Source: Octopus vulgaris
Taxonomy: Eukaryota
Direction: 5' to 3'
Length of the DNA stretch: 64,000 nt
Assembly (NCBI GenBank): GCA_951406725.2
Contig: OX597817.1
Coordinates: 17,546,001-17,610,000 of the forward strand
Part shown: in pieces, positions 40,554 to 52,773 of the stretch
Numbering within the stretch: the first letter of the stretch is position 1
How the letters are laid out: the number at the start of each line of letters is the position of its first letter
Position numbers and translations under genes: made by a program
The notes under the pieces: generated by a model
Databases searched by the model: none
Seen by the model: only the letters and a program-made list of their open reading frames with translations
Told to the model about the DNA's origin: nothing

Positions 40554-40625
40554 CTCTAAATGTCTCTCAGGGTTTTGAATATTGTTGTGGCTCAAATCCA
40601 GATACTTCAGTGCTGGCAGTAACCT
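40554..40625 (-). CDS. STK11IP: STK11IP-like exon 5, LRR (RLLPALKYLDLSHNNIQNPERHLE)
   Basis: 72 nt, phase 0-0, LxxLxLxxN consensus. Human equivalent is RLLSALRFLNLSHNQV. Confidence 0.92.
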
Positions 40626-40792
40626 CTAATATAATGAAATTAAGAATTTATAGGATTGATTTTTAGATCTCATCGTTTGGAAATTACACAACATTGTTAA
40701 TTATTTAAAATGGCCACAATTATTAAAAGCAAATATATTGGACAATAAACAATTATTAATAAAAACAATAAGTAAAAAAAATATAAAAATAC

Positions 40793-40900
40793 CAAAGATG
40801 AATCCAGCTTCTGAATACTGTTCTGACTAAGATCAGCATAAATTAGATGATTCCAATTTGAAGGCCCACTTCTATCGCCCCCACACATTTCAAAAAGAGA
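40793..40900 (-). CDS. STK11IP: STK11IP-like exon 4 (SLFEMCGGDRSGPSNWNHLIYADLSQNSIQKLDSSL)
   Basis: 108 nt with a strong polypyrimidine acceptor. Diagnostic CGGD...W...LDSSL as in human STK11IP. Confidence 0.95.
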
Positions 40901-41044
40901 CTGAAAAGAAAAAAAGAAAAAAAAACGAAAGAAATTAGACCCAAAAATATATGAAGGCCTCATCAAGAAAATATTAAAATTCATACATTTTTATACAGAA
41001 ACAAAGGAAGTAACATTATCAGCTCTATTTCATATTCTTATATC

Positions 41045-41270
41045 TTTTACTTCTTCCTGTCATTAGACTGCAGTCATGCTAGGACACCTTACTCTCTTTT
41101 GAAGAATTGTTTCAGTCAAATTAATTGGCCCCAGTATTTATATTTTTTAAAAGCCTGATACTTATTCTATCAGTCTCTTTTGCTGAACCACTAAGTTGCA
41201 GGGACATAAACACTGGTTATCAAGTGGTGGTGGAGTACAAACACTCACACACATATATACACACACATAC

Positions 41271-41308
<38 letters not shown>

Positions 41309-41762
41309 GTACGTACGTACGTACAATGGTCTTCTTTCAGTTTCCATCTACAAAATCCACTCACAAGGCTTTGGTTGGCCCAAGGCTATAGCAGAACATA
41401 CAGTGGGATTGAACACAGAACCATGAGGTTGGAAAGCAAGCTTCTTACCACACAGCCATACCTATAATTCTTAAAAGTTAATGTCTAAGCTCACCATTAA
41501 AAGGTGGACTACTAAACTTCTTCATCTCCTAATATTGTGGTGCACCTGAGCACTGTATACAATACTCTTTCTCTTTTACTCATTTCAGTCGTTTGACTGC
41601 GGCCATGCTGGAGCACCGCCTTTAGTCGAGCAAATCGTAAGCCCAGTACTTATTCTATCGGTCTCTTTGGCCGAACCGCTAAGTGACGGGGACGTAAACA
41701 CACCAGCATCGGTTGTCAAGCAATGCTAGGGGGACACACACAATATATACACACACACACAT

Positions 41763-41817
<55 letters not shown>

Positions 41818-41990
41818 CATATACATACATACAGATCTTCTTTCAGTTTCCATCTTCCAAATCCACTCACAAGGCTTTGGTTGGCCCAAGGCTATAGCAG
41901 AAGACACTTGAAGATGCCACAGTAGGACTGAACACTGGAACCATGTGGTTGGTTAGCAAGCTACTTACCACACAGCCACTCCTACGCCTA
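41045..41990 (-). mobile_element. Two tandem SINE family A copies (41045-41464 and 41564-41990)
   Basis: Both carry the family A head and body. Confidence 0.85.
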
Positions 41991-42386
41991 TAATTCTTAA
42001 AGTTATTATTATTATTATTATGCTAAATAATTCAATAAACAAAGCTACATCTTCTTGATTCCAATACTAAAAATAATAAAAAAACAAAAAAAAACAATCT
42101 GACAAGAAACTGTGGTGAAGTGCTTAAAGTGGTGAGTTTACATTTGACCACTAGAATTGGATTGTGGGTAAGGCATGCTACTTTTTAATTGGTGAACCAT
42201 GATAGCACTGATTACAGGTCTCCAACTAGCCATTTGCTGGTTCACAGGATCTTTGAAGAGAGGAGTGAAAAGGGAGAGTCTGCAACCTGGTGTAGAACAA
42301 ATATTGTAAGAAACTTCATTTGAAGTGCAACAGTTTTGGGGGAGGGGTGTTTGCCAAAGTTTTATATCCTTGGCCAAAAGATATGC

Positions 42387-42974
42387 TCCCTCTATCCGCT
42401 CAGTCGAAGTCGACTCTCGGTCACTCGTTGGATCAGTGTCCTCCAGTTAGTTCTATCCTGGGCCGCTTCCCTCAGATTGGCCATGTCCATTCCGGTATCA
42501 CTCCTGAATTACTCAAGCCGGCCGATGCCAGCGCCGCCTCGACTGGCTTCCGTGCCGGTGGCACGTAAAATGCACCAATCCGACCGTGGCCGTTACCAGC
42601 CTCCCCTGGCACCTGTGCAGGTGGCACGTAAAAAACACCCACTACACTCACGGAATGGTTGGCGTTAGGAAGGGCATGCAGCTGTAGAAACATTGCCAGA
42701 TAAGACTGGAGCCTGGTGCAGCCTTCTGGCTTCCCAGATCCCCGGTCGAACCGTCCAACCCATGCTAGCATGGAGAACGGACGTTAAACGATGATGATGA
42801 TGATGAATACCAACAAAAACACTAACATCGCTTCACCAACGAATATGGAGAACCTGTAAGTGGCCAAGGGAATGGAAGAGGTCAGTTTTCATTCCAATAC
42901 CAAAGAAAAGAGATACCAAGGACTGCGCAAACTACCGTACCATCACCCTGATCCCCAATGTAAGCAAAAAAAAA
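42387..42974. mobile_element. BovB-like RTE insertion with an internal inversion, interrupted by a family D piece (42516-42805)
   Basis: Minus strand gives DTGMDMANLREAAQDRTNWRTLIQRVTESRLRLSG*. Plus strand gives QRIWRTCKWPREWKRSVFIPIPKKRDTKDCANYRTITLIPNVSK. TSD AAAAGATATGC. Confidence 0.8.
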
Positions 42975-43181
42975 AAAAGATATGCATTATATTTAAAGAG
43001 ACAAAACTTCTGTACAGTTTGTGCCTGCCAAATTCCACTCAGAAGGTATTGATTAATCCAAGACCTTATTGTGGAAGACACTAGCCAAAGGTAGTGTGAA
43101 GTGGGCATGAATCTGAAACTAGGTGGTTGCAAAGTGAACTTCATATCCACACAGTCATACTACTAAATTGCTTCAGCATAC

Positions 43182-43587
43182 ACTCTTTCACTCTTTTACT
43201 TATTTCAGTCATTTGACTGCGGCCATGCTGGAGCACCGCCTTTAGTCGAGCAAATCGACCCCGGGACTTATTCTTTGTAAGCCCAGTACTTATTCTATCG
43301 GTCTCTTTTGCCGAACCGCTAAGTGACGGGGACGTAAACACACTAGCATCGGTTGTCAAGCAATGGTAGGGGGACAAACACAGACACACAAACACATACA
43401 TATATATATACATACATATATACGACAGGCTTCTTTCAGTTTCCGTCTACCAAATCCACTCACAAGGCATTGGTCGGCCCAGGGCTATAGCAGAAGACAC
43501 TTGCCCAAGATGCCATGCAGTGGGACTGAACCCGGAACCATGTGGTTGGTTAGCAAGCTACTTACCACACAGCCACTCCTGTGTCTA
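43182..43587 (-). mobile_element. SINE family A
   Basis: Full-length copy. Confidence 0.88.
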
Positions 43588-44063
43588 TGATTTGATTCCT
43601 TGTTTAAGTACAAGACTAATTACTGAAATAAAGTTATAATTAGTCACATCGACATCAGTACAATACTAGCAGTTTTGTTATTGATTCGGTACAGATGGAA
43701 GTTCAAAGTCTGACCCAGAACATCTGCAATCAAAATATAGAGGAGTAACAGAGTATACACTGCAGAGTGTTTAGTTCAACCCTCTCCCAGTTCTGCTAAC
43801 TTACCATCTTCTGATATGCCATACAATTGACTGGTTTGCACTGAGATGGATATTTACTTGAAAAAACATCTGTTCTATGTATACTGGCTAATATCTAGAT
43901 TTCCTAAACTCTCTGACAAGTTAGCACTGGGAATACACACACACATACATTTACACACACATACACACATAGACATAACAATTTTTTTAAAAAGCCAAAA
44001 AAAAAACAAAAAAAAAACAAAAGCAAAATGTGAACTTAAAAAATAATAATTTTGAATTCTTAC

Positions 44064-44231
44064 CTCTAAGGTCTGCAAACTTCGACTGATTGTAATCTGT
44101 TTCAATGTTGACCTAAGCTTTGCAATCCCTTGTATAAGATGAATAGGAACACGGTTAATATTTAGTTCAGTTAATGCCTGGAACATGCCAATTTCAAGTG
44201 GTCCTTGTATTGTATGTAACTGGTGGTACAA
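44064..44231 (-). CDS. STK11IP: STK11IP-like exon 3 (LYHQLHTIQGPLEIGMFQALTELNINRVPIHLIQGIAKLRSTLKQITISRSLQTLE)
   Basis: 168 nt, phase 0-0, CAG/GTAAG. Matches human GPIKIFPFKSLRHLELRGVPLHCLHGL...SRSLQALE. Confidence 0.93.
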
Positions 44232-45291
44232 CTGCAATTAGACAATTGAAACAAATATAAATATCTTTCTTTCTATATATGTATTTTTTCTTGTGAGAGC
44301 CACAGCAAAGTGGACTAAAAGATAGAAACATTTCTATTCTGATACCAACACACTATTTTTTTGACTATAGCACATATCTTTCATTGGTCCAGTCAAGCAA
44401 TTTATATCATCATCATTTAATGTCTATGTTCCATGCTGGCATGGGCTGGACAATTTATAAGAGTCGGCAAACCAGAGGACTGCACCAAACTCCAATGTCT
44501 TCTATGGCCGGATGCTCTTCCTAATGCCAACCACTACAGCATGTACTGGATGCTTTTTGCATAGCACCAGTGATGTCACCAAGTAACTCACAAGATAAGG
44601 GCCCCTTCAATGGAGGTGGTGTGTAATACTGAAGGAAGTGGCTTTGTGCTTTAACCTTTGATGAAAGGTTAAAGTATGATAGAGGGATAAGAATGGATAC
44701 TTTGCTGTAGGAGAGATACATGTTTACTCAAGTTGCAAAAGAGAGAAACTGGAGGTGAAGATATATCAGGGCACACAAAGACAAAATTTCAAAGATGTAT
44801 TAAATAACAGGGGAATAGTATAATTCATTAGTTTACAATAACAGAATTACATGCTCTTGAGGACCTGGTAAAATAGAAAACCACTGCAGTATATTTACCT
44901 TCTTAATTACAAATAAAAAGTTAAGATTACATTAGTTACTCAATGACCTAAAGAAATACTACTTAAGTTTATATAGCAATTTCTTTCTTTCTTTCTCCAC
45001 TGTATCTTTATAGTATTAAGTCATTTCATTTCTGAAAAAACTACTGAAAACAACATAAAGCTGTTAAGCACATCCAGCAGGTCATGCATATCAAAAATTA
45101 ACTGAATCAACTGAAGCAAAACTCATAATGAAACTAAATTCTAAAATCTAATCTGTAGTCGTTCTACATTTAAAGCAACTTGTTCAGCTTCCTATTACCA
45201 GGGTCCTGTTTAAAATTTATATCTAAGTTGATTGTACAGCCAAGTAATTGATACTATTCATAGTTTTCACTACCCTAGTCAACTAATCCAG

Positions 45292-45604
45292 TGAAGGCGC
45301 ATGGCTCAGTAGTTAGAGCGTCGAGCTTACGATCGTGAGGTTGTGAGCTCGAATCCCGGACCGGGCTGCGTGTTGTGTTCTTGAGCAAGGCACTTTATTT
45401 CACGTTGTTCCAGTTCACTCAGCTGTAGAAATGAGTTGCGACGTCACTGGTACCAAGATGTATCGACCTTTGTCTTTCCCTTGGATAACATCGGTGGCGT
45501 GGAGAGGGGAGACTGGTATGCATGGGCGACTGCTGGTCTTCCATAAACAACCTCGCCCGGACTTGTGTCTAGGAGGGTAACTTTCTAGGTGCAATCCCAT
45601 GGTC
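45292..45604 (+). mobile_element. tRNA-derived SINE, family C (young, CpG-rich copy)
   Basis: tRNA-like head GGCGCATGGCTCAGTAGTTAGAGCG...TCGAATCCC. Confidence 0.85.
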
Positions 45605-45856
45605 TGTGTCTAAGTCAACTAATCCAATGAATAATGAAAATCAGACCAGGAAGATCGGCTGGGAAAGTTGAATCATTTTAGCAAACCTGAGAAGCTTTGT
45701 TCCCACCCCTGCTACACTTCATTAAGATGTTATTCTAATTTCTATAATGATTTCTTTCAACAGGACACGAGATCAATTATATATTGGGAGACTTTATAGC
45801 CAATTAAACTGACCTCAGTATATCACCTGTACTTAGTTTATTCAACTACAAGGTCC

Positions 45857-46203
45857 GATCCTTATTGCAGTGTGGTGGCTTGCATGCCTCAATGACCCTG
45901 AGTGCTATGCCAGCAGAGCACAAGCTCCTGGCAGGACCGCCCATACTGGACAGGTTACAGGAGAGAGGCCTGAATAATATGGACCACCTATTCTCAAATG
46001 AAAACAGCAAAGGTACAGAAGCATCGATGAAACTTCAAAGCCAACAAGACCTGGGAGAAAAGGCCTTCAAAATCTGAAAGGAAGCTACAAGAAGCAGGGA
46101 TCTATCTAGAGAGAAGCAGAAGAGACAACCCAGAATTGAGAACAGTTGAGAAAAGTTGTCAATGGCCTATGCTCTCTAGGAAGCAAAGGAACTAGGTAAG
46201 TAA
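45857..46203 (+). mobile_element. Bipartite non-autonomous RTE (5' UTR fused to 3' end)
   Basis: GGCTTGCATGCCTCAATGACCCTGAGTGCTATGCC is an RTE-type 5' UTR. The 3' part encodes VNGLCSLGSKG followed by a TAAG tail. Confidence 0.55.
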
Positions 46204-46273
46204 ACTTGGTAGGTAGCAATAATGTGAAGCACTGAATAGAATTCAATAATAAAAAAAGAGAGCTTAAGCTTAA

Positions 46274-46580
46274 TCATCATCATCATTTAACGTTTGTTTT
46301 CCATGCTGGCATGGATTCAAAGGTTCGACCAGGGTTTGGGAAGCCAGGAGGCTGCACCAGGCTCTAGTCTAATTTGGCAGTGTTTCTGCAGCTGGATGCC
46401 CTTCCTAATGCCAACCACTCCATGAGTGTAGTGGGTGCTTTTTACATGCCACCGGCACAGGTGCCAGGGGAGGCTGGCAGCGGCCATGATCGGTTGGTGC
46501 TTTTTACGTGCCACCGGCACAGAAGCCAGTCAAGGCGGTGCTAGCATCGGCCATGTTTGGATGGTGCTTTTTACGTGCCT
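46274..46580 (-). mobile_element. RTE 3' UTR fragment, family D
   Basis: Family terminus and tandem units. Confidence 0.85.
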
Positions 46581-46716
46581 AATGATAATGATAAAAATTA
46601 GGCCCTGGCACCATCTATTTATAAGAGATGATTTGATAAAATAGGTACCAGCTAATTTGTTTAGTTAACTCTAGGGTAAAGCTGGTAATGTTTTTTTTAA
46701 AACAAAATTATAAATA

Positions 46717-47120
46717 TGCACAGGAGTGGCTGTATGGTAAGTAGCTTGTTTACCAACCACATGATTCCGGGTTCAGTCCCACTGCGTGGAACCTTGGGCA
46801 AGTGTCTTCTACTATAGCCTCGGGCCGACCAAAGCCTTGTGAGTGGATTTGGTAGACGGAAACTGAAAGAAGCCTGTCGTATATATGTATATAGATATAT
46901 ATGTGTGTGTGTGTGTTTGTGTGTCTGTGTTTGTCCCCCTAGCATTGCTTGACAACCGATGCTGCTGTGTTTATGTCCCCGTTACTTAACGGTTCGGCAA
47001 AAGAGACCGATAGAATAAGTACTGGGCTTACAAAAAGAATAAGTCTCAGGGTCGTGTTGCTCGATTAAAGGCGGTGCTCCAGCATAGCCGCAGTCAAATG
47101 ACTGACACAAGTAAAAGAGT
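46717..47120 (+). mobile_element. SINE family A
   Basis: Full-length copy. Confidence 0.88.
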
Positions 47121-47458
47121 ATGATGAAACGCCAACTCATTTCCATCTGATTTGAACTCAAGACTGTAGTGAGAGGTAAGAACAAGTGCTAATAATAACA
47201 ATGATAATGACAATAATTACAATGTTATAATTACAATGAGTCAGTTGGTTCTATTTGAATGAAGTTTAAAAATAAAATAAAGCATGAAATATTAAATCTG
47301 TTGCAATTATAAAACAACTGCAACATATTGTTTTTGGTTGTACATGATAAATAATACAGAAATTAATTGAAATACAATAGAAAATGTGGTCGTGATGACA
47401 GAGCAGAGAACCACATTATTTGATAGAATATCATTTAATTGTACCTATATGTGTGTAT

Positions 47459-47705
47459 TATTACTTCCACCTTAGCGAAGGCGGGGGTATTGTTTACAGT
47501 TGTGTTTGTTTGTTTTCCATGGACATGATATCTCATGAACCACAGGATGGATTTGGATGAAACTTTCAGGGATGTTTGGCCTCATGACTGGTACAAACTA
47601 ATTAGATTTTGGGATCGATCCGGTACTGGACAAGGATTCTGGATTATTTTTCAGGTATTTTTACTTAATTTTTGAGAGCAGTTGGGTTCATTATTAGTAT
47701 TCTTG
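47459..47705 (+). mobile_element. Helentron/HINE-like non-autonomous element, 5' part
   Basis: TTATTACTTCCACCTT...AAGGCGGGGGTA short inverted repeat, then (GTTT)n and GGATTTGGATGAAACTT, the usual HINE layout. Confidence 0.55.
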
Positions 47706-47974
47706 TTATTATTATTATTATCATTACAAAGCAGGGCAACGAGCTGGCAGGATCATTAGCATGCCAGGCAAAATGCTTAGTGGCATTTCATCAGTTTTAA
47801 CTTTCTGAGTTCAAATTCTGCCAAGATCTACTTTGCCTTTCAACCCTTCAGGGATAACATCAGCCCCAGTTGAACACTGGGGCTGATGTAATCAACTTTT
47901 CCCCTCCTCAAAATTGCTGGCCTTGTGCCAAAATTTGAACCATTATTATTATTATTATTATTATAAAAATTGAA

Positions 47975-48353
47975 ATCAAAATTGAACCAATACTATGACT
48001 GGCACCCGGCAGATGCCAGGACCCCTGGACTGGAGATACGTAAAAAGCACTATCCGAATCGTGGCCGATGCCAGCGCCGCCTCAACTGGCTTCCGTGTCG
48101 GTGGCACGTAAAAAGCACCATCCAAATCGTGGTTGAAGCCAGTGCCACCTCGACTGGCTTCCGTGCAGGTGGCACGTAAAAAGCACCCACTACATTCACG
48201 GAGTGGTTGGCGTTAGGAAGGGCATCCAGCTGTAGAAACATTGTCAGATAAGGAGCCTGGTGCAGCCTTCTGGCTTCCCAGATCCCTGGTCGAACCGTCC
48301 AACCCATGCTAGCATGGAGAACGGACGTTAAACGATGATGATGATGATGATGA
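47975..48353 (+). mobile_element. RTE 3' UTR fragment, family D
   Basis: Ends GTTAAACGATGATGATG. Confidence 0.85.
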
Positions 48354-49561
48354 TCACTAATACTGCCACTACCACCACCACCACTACTACTACTCATGCT
48401 TATTACTTCACACTTGCTTGAATTAGTTAAGTGATCCCTTAAAGAGAAACTACTCACCTGTTTCCCCAGTAAACTTAAAATCTGCTTAAAGGGATATTAT
48501 GACTGAAAGCATTCCTAAGAGGGTGCTTAATTTATAATTAACATATTTACTCATACACATAATACAAGATATTTAATACAAAACAACAGGATCAAAGTGG
48601 AGGAGGGGGAGGGCGGGATTAGCATGACACTCAAGTGTCAAAAGAGGATAAAATATATTACTGATTTGCAAAAAGTGGAGTTCACACATTTGAGAGGGCT
48701 GAGTACTTGTGTAAATGTAGTATAATTTTGATATTTCCTGTGTTAATATAATCTACAGTGTCCTGTAATCTACTCTGCTATGTAATACTTTATGATAGGA
48801 GGACACATATCATTGGATAGAAGTTAGTTAGTGGTGGTCAGTCAGTGCCTATGACTTTTGCAGACCCTCCTAGACTGGTGAGATTGATGTACTCCAAATT
48901 CAATTTGAACACCTGCATGATAAATGTAAACAGATGGTCTGGTCTTGCAACATGGTAAACTTCTGAATCACACGGGCCATTCTGATATATAATACATCTC
49001 TGGTCATAAGAGGGAAGCAATTGTATGTACACATACACAAATACACTACGAATCATAAGAACAGTGAAGTAGTGGCTGTATTTTTGTTCTTCAAGCCACT
49101 GCTTACCATGGTGAGTGCCATACAACTGCCTCTTAAGTTTCAAGTTTGTAGTTGTAGATAATTCATGCCACTGGTACACATTTCAACAAACATAATAGGA
49201 TTTCAAACAGTTCCTGTAGTTTCTGTTAAATTAATTCACCCACAAGGCTTAAGCTAACTTGGGGTGTCTTACAGTGGGATCGAACTTGGGACTTCATCAC
49301 AGAATTTAATTTGAAACTCCTCAATCATTCCGCTACATCTGTTCCATAAGTTTAATTGCCTACCAATTGATAATGATCAGTCAAACAAAATATATGAATA
49401 TTTGATGGTCCACAATTCATTTATCTGCTACAAGACAGATTTGTTAAGTTAGTTTAGTCAAATAAAGTGAAGTGAAAATTCAATAACTCATTCTCACATC
49501 ACATGAAGCTAAAAGCCCAACATCAACATGATTCAACAATCATTTTGTAAATAAACAAATA

Positions 49562-49980
49562 TTTACTCTCTCTTTTACTCTCTTTTACTTGTTTCAGTCA
49601 TTTGACTGCGGCCATGCTGGAGCACTGCCTTTAATCGAGCAACTCGACCCCGGGACTTATTCTTTGTAAGCCCAGTACTTATTCTATCGATCTCTTTTGC
49701 CGAACCGCTAAGTAACGGGGACATAAACACACCAGCATCGGTTGTCAAGCAATGTTAGGGGGACAAACACAGACACACAAACACACACACACACATATAT
49801 GTATATACATATATACGACAGGCTTCTTTCAGTTTCCGTCTACCAAATCCACTCACAAGGCATTGGTCAGCCCAGGGCTATAGCAGAAGACACTTGCCCA
49901 AGATGCCACGCAGTGGGACTGAACCCGGAACCATGTGGTTGGTAAGCAAGCTACTTACCACACAGCCACTCCTATGCCTA
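49562..49980 (-). mobile_element. SINE family A
   Basis: Full-length copy. Confidence 0.88.
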
Positions 49981-50867
49981 TGTTGTTGTTATTTAGCTCC
50001 ATATCAGATCTAATTAAGATGATTGTTTGCAAAACAAAAAAACACGCACACAAAAAAGGATAGTCTCAGCTGGAATGCTTTTGACCATAGGTCTGCTTAA
50101 TCAGGGCTGACATAGGGCTAAACAGTAACAACCCTATGAGTTAACAATTATTTCATATAATAATTAATACTTTCAACATAGTTTCCTGCCAATTTAAATT
50201 TGAAATTACCACCCGCCTGTTATTTATTACTTCCTTTGATGATGGTGATGATGACATATATATCTATTATATACGTCTATGTGTGTGTCTTCTAGGATCT
50301 CGGGCATCCCCCATCTGATTGCGCTCAAATTTGATATGTAGATACCGACGGTATCAGGGTGTGTATAAGTCTTGAAAAGATTACAAAAATCAGTTCCAGC
50401 TGAGAATGTGATCGATAAAGCTGTGGGAACGTGCATTTGTACGCGCAAGTACATCAGCTGTTGCAATCAATACTATGCATATGCAAGAGAAATGCATGTG
50501 CAGTTTGCGCAAAAAACGCCAGCTGGCTTGAAATAATACCATAAAATGCAGTATATTTAAGAGACCAAAAAAGTAAGGTGCAAAAGAGATATTTTCTTCA
50601 AACTTGGCATGAAGGAAGGAAAGACTATTTGGTTTCTCAAGAAGTTTTTTTTTTTGCCTTAACTTCATTTAAGAAAACCAAAAATGTTATTGAAATAAAG
50701 GCATTACTTTTTAACGAAAAGAAAACACTGATTGCTTTTTATTCAGCAGATATGATTCAGCACTGTCCATTGGACAGGGGGTGTTTTGTTCATGAACAGA
50801 TATTTTCAAACAAATAGCCTAAGAAAAATAATACAGTAGTGGAATGGAGATTTCAGCATCTTTTTAA

Positions 50868-51089
50868 CCCTTTAGCATTCAGATTACTCTGTTAAATGTA
50901 ATGCTTATTTATTCCCATTGTTTTGAATTTATGATCCATTATCTTATAGCTTTGAGATTTCAATGATGTGATTGTATATTTTTAGAATGACATTATAAGA
51001 TAGGTGTAAGAAGCCCGATCTTGACATTTTAAACATAAAACAGGTAGAATATTTCGGCCAGATATGGCTGGTTTAAATGCTAAAAAGGA
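50868..51089. mobile_element. Second piggyBac-type MITE family
   Basis: TTAA|CCCTTTAGCATT ... AATGCTAAAAAGGA|TTAA. Confidence 0.75.
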
Positions 51090-51111
51090 TTAAAACATGA
51101 GGAGGATTTAA

Positions 51112-51332
51112 CCCTTTTGTTACCATATTTCTTTTGAGATGCTCTGTGTTCCTTTCAATTACTTTAAATATAACAAAGAATTTAGTAAAATAACTTAGTT
51201 ATCATTAAGCTAGTGTTAGGAACTTAAATTGTGACTAAGGTTTGGTGGAAGATTTTAATTCAAAACTTATGAAAACAAGACATTTGTACTAAAGAGCTAG
51301 AGCCGGTTTCAGCCGGGTTGGTAACGAAAGGG
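51112..51332 (+). mobile_element. piggyBac-type MITE
   Basis: TTAA TSD on both sides; 65 bp from the exon 2 donor. Confidence 0.9.
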
Positions 51333-51397
51333 TTAAATATAAATGGCAGGGAGAGGGGAAGGGAGTTTAAAGACAAAATAAAACAAGGGTAACAAAC

Positions 51398-51600
51398 CTT
51401 TAGAGCAGTTGTGTCCACCAGTACATCAGTTACAAAATGGATGTCACTTTTTAATTTATCCAGTTCCTGCTGTTTTTCAGTTGTAAGATCATGTTCTTTA
51501 TGATAGCTGGAGAGGAAACCTTCCTGTGTTGCTTGATTAAGAAAGACTAATGTGTGTGTAGAAAGGTTAAGTCGGCCCTCTCCTCGGAAAATTTTGTTAC
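51398..51600 (-). CDS. STK11IP: STK11IP-like exon 2 (SNKIFRGEGRLNLSTHTLVFLNQ...DIHFVTDVLVDTTALK)
   Basis: AG/GT bounded, 203 nt, phase 1 to 0. Similar to human LSLLTPTLQQLNH...LQFLFDVLQKTLSLK. Confidence 0.9.
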
Positions 51601-51701
51601 CTGATATGACGAAAGATAATATTGTAAGTAAAATGAAAGTCTTGTCTTTTGTTGTATATGTCATAAATTACAATTAAATAAGTAACCGAAGATATTAGTA
51701 A

Positions 51702-52101
51702 TCTTTATATATAAAAGAGAGGTTGTGTGCTGTCTGTCTCCTACGATATAGATTCCTAACTACTCCCACATTTTGCGGTGCAGTTTAACCAAAACCGGGT
51801 ATCTTATAGTCGTGATTCATATTGAGCCCTTCTGGGTATTAGCGCGCATCTACGATGAGTCTACGATTTTAAAAATAATTTATCATCAATTTTTCCCATT
51901 TTTAATGCATTTCTGGCATATATAAGGGAAGTAACTCTCTAAAAATTTATTATTAAATCTCAGAACGTAAAAAGCTACAGTAACAACCCCCACCCCTTTG
52001 TGGTTAGCCATATTGAGATGGCTATTATACTTTACATCTCTAAAAATGCTTATATAGTTATTTCCCTTACAAACCCGAGCAACGCCGGGTGATACTGCTA
52101 G
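51702..52101 (+). mobile_element. Non-autonomous Helitron
   Basis: A|TC start, CCCGAGCAACGCCGGG hairpin, CTAG|T end. Confidence 0.88.
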
Positions 52102-52542
52102 TATAATTTAAATAAGATAAGTGGTGGCATGTATTGGCAAGAATAAATGAAACAAAATACAAAAAATGTGAGAGTTATGTTAGCACAGTGAATGTGGTCA
52201 TGTCAGAGGGGCCTTTCTTTTTTTCATAGGATACTAACTTTTGCCATTTATGCTTTTTACTGTAATATTGTTAGAGAGAGAAAAACACAATGAGATATGT
52301 AAAAAGACATAAATTTTCTTTATCTTTTAGTTGCATCAATTATCATACTGTGGCCTTGCTGGGGCACTGCCTTGAAAAGTGAAGTCAAACAAATCTGATA
52401 CTTATTTCATCAGTCTTTTTTGCCAAACTGCTAAAGCTATGGAAACGTAAACAAACCAACACTGGTGGAGGTTGAACCCACACATATACATACACACACG
52501 TACATATATATATAGTACATATATATATATATATTACATATT

Positions 52543-52773
52543 AAGGCAGCGAGTTGGCAGACACGTTAGCACGCCGGGCGAAATGCTTAGCGGTAGTTCA
52601 TCTGATGTTATGTTCTGAGTTCAAATTCCGCCGAGGTAGACTTTGCCTTTCATCCTTTCGGGGTCGATAAATAAAGTACCAATTTCGCACTGGGGTCGAT
52701 GTAATCGACTTAATCCGTTTGTCTGTCCTTGTTTGTCCCCTCTATGTTTAGCCCCTTGTGGATAGTAAAGAAA
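52543..52773 (+). mobile_element. SINE family B nested in the microsatellite of an old family A copy (about 52320-52950, minus strand)
   Basis: TSD ATATATATTACAT, with host halves on both sides. Confidence 0.85.

Noticed and set aside
45293-45367. tRNA gene
   Set aside because: The tRNA-like head runs into a SINE body present in three copies, and there is no proper acceptor stem.
48838-49179. 113-aa minus-strand ORF as an extra STK11IP exon
   Set aside because: Exons 2 and 3 already join co-linearly with the human protein, and there is no similarity or convincing splice pair.
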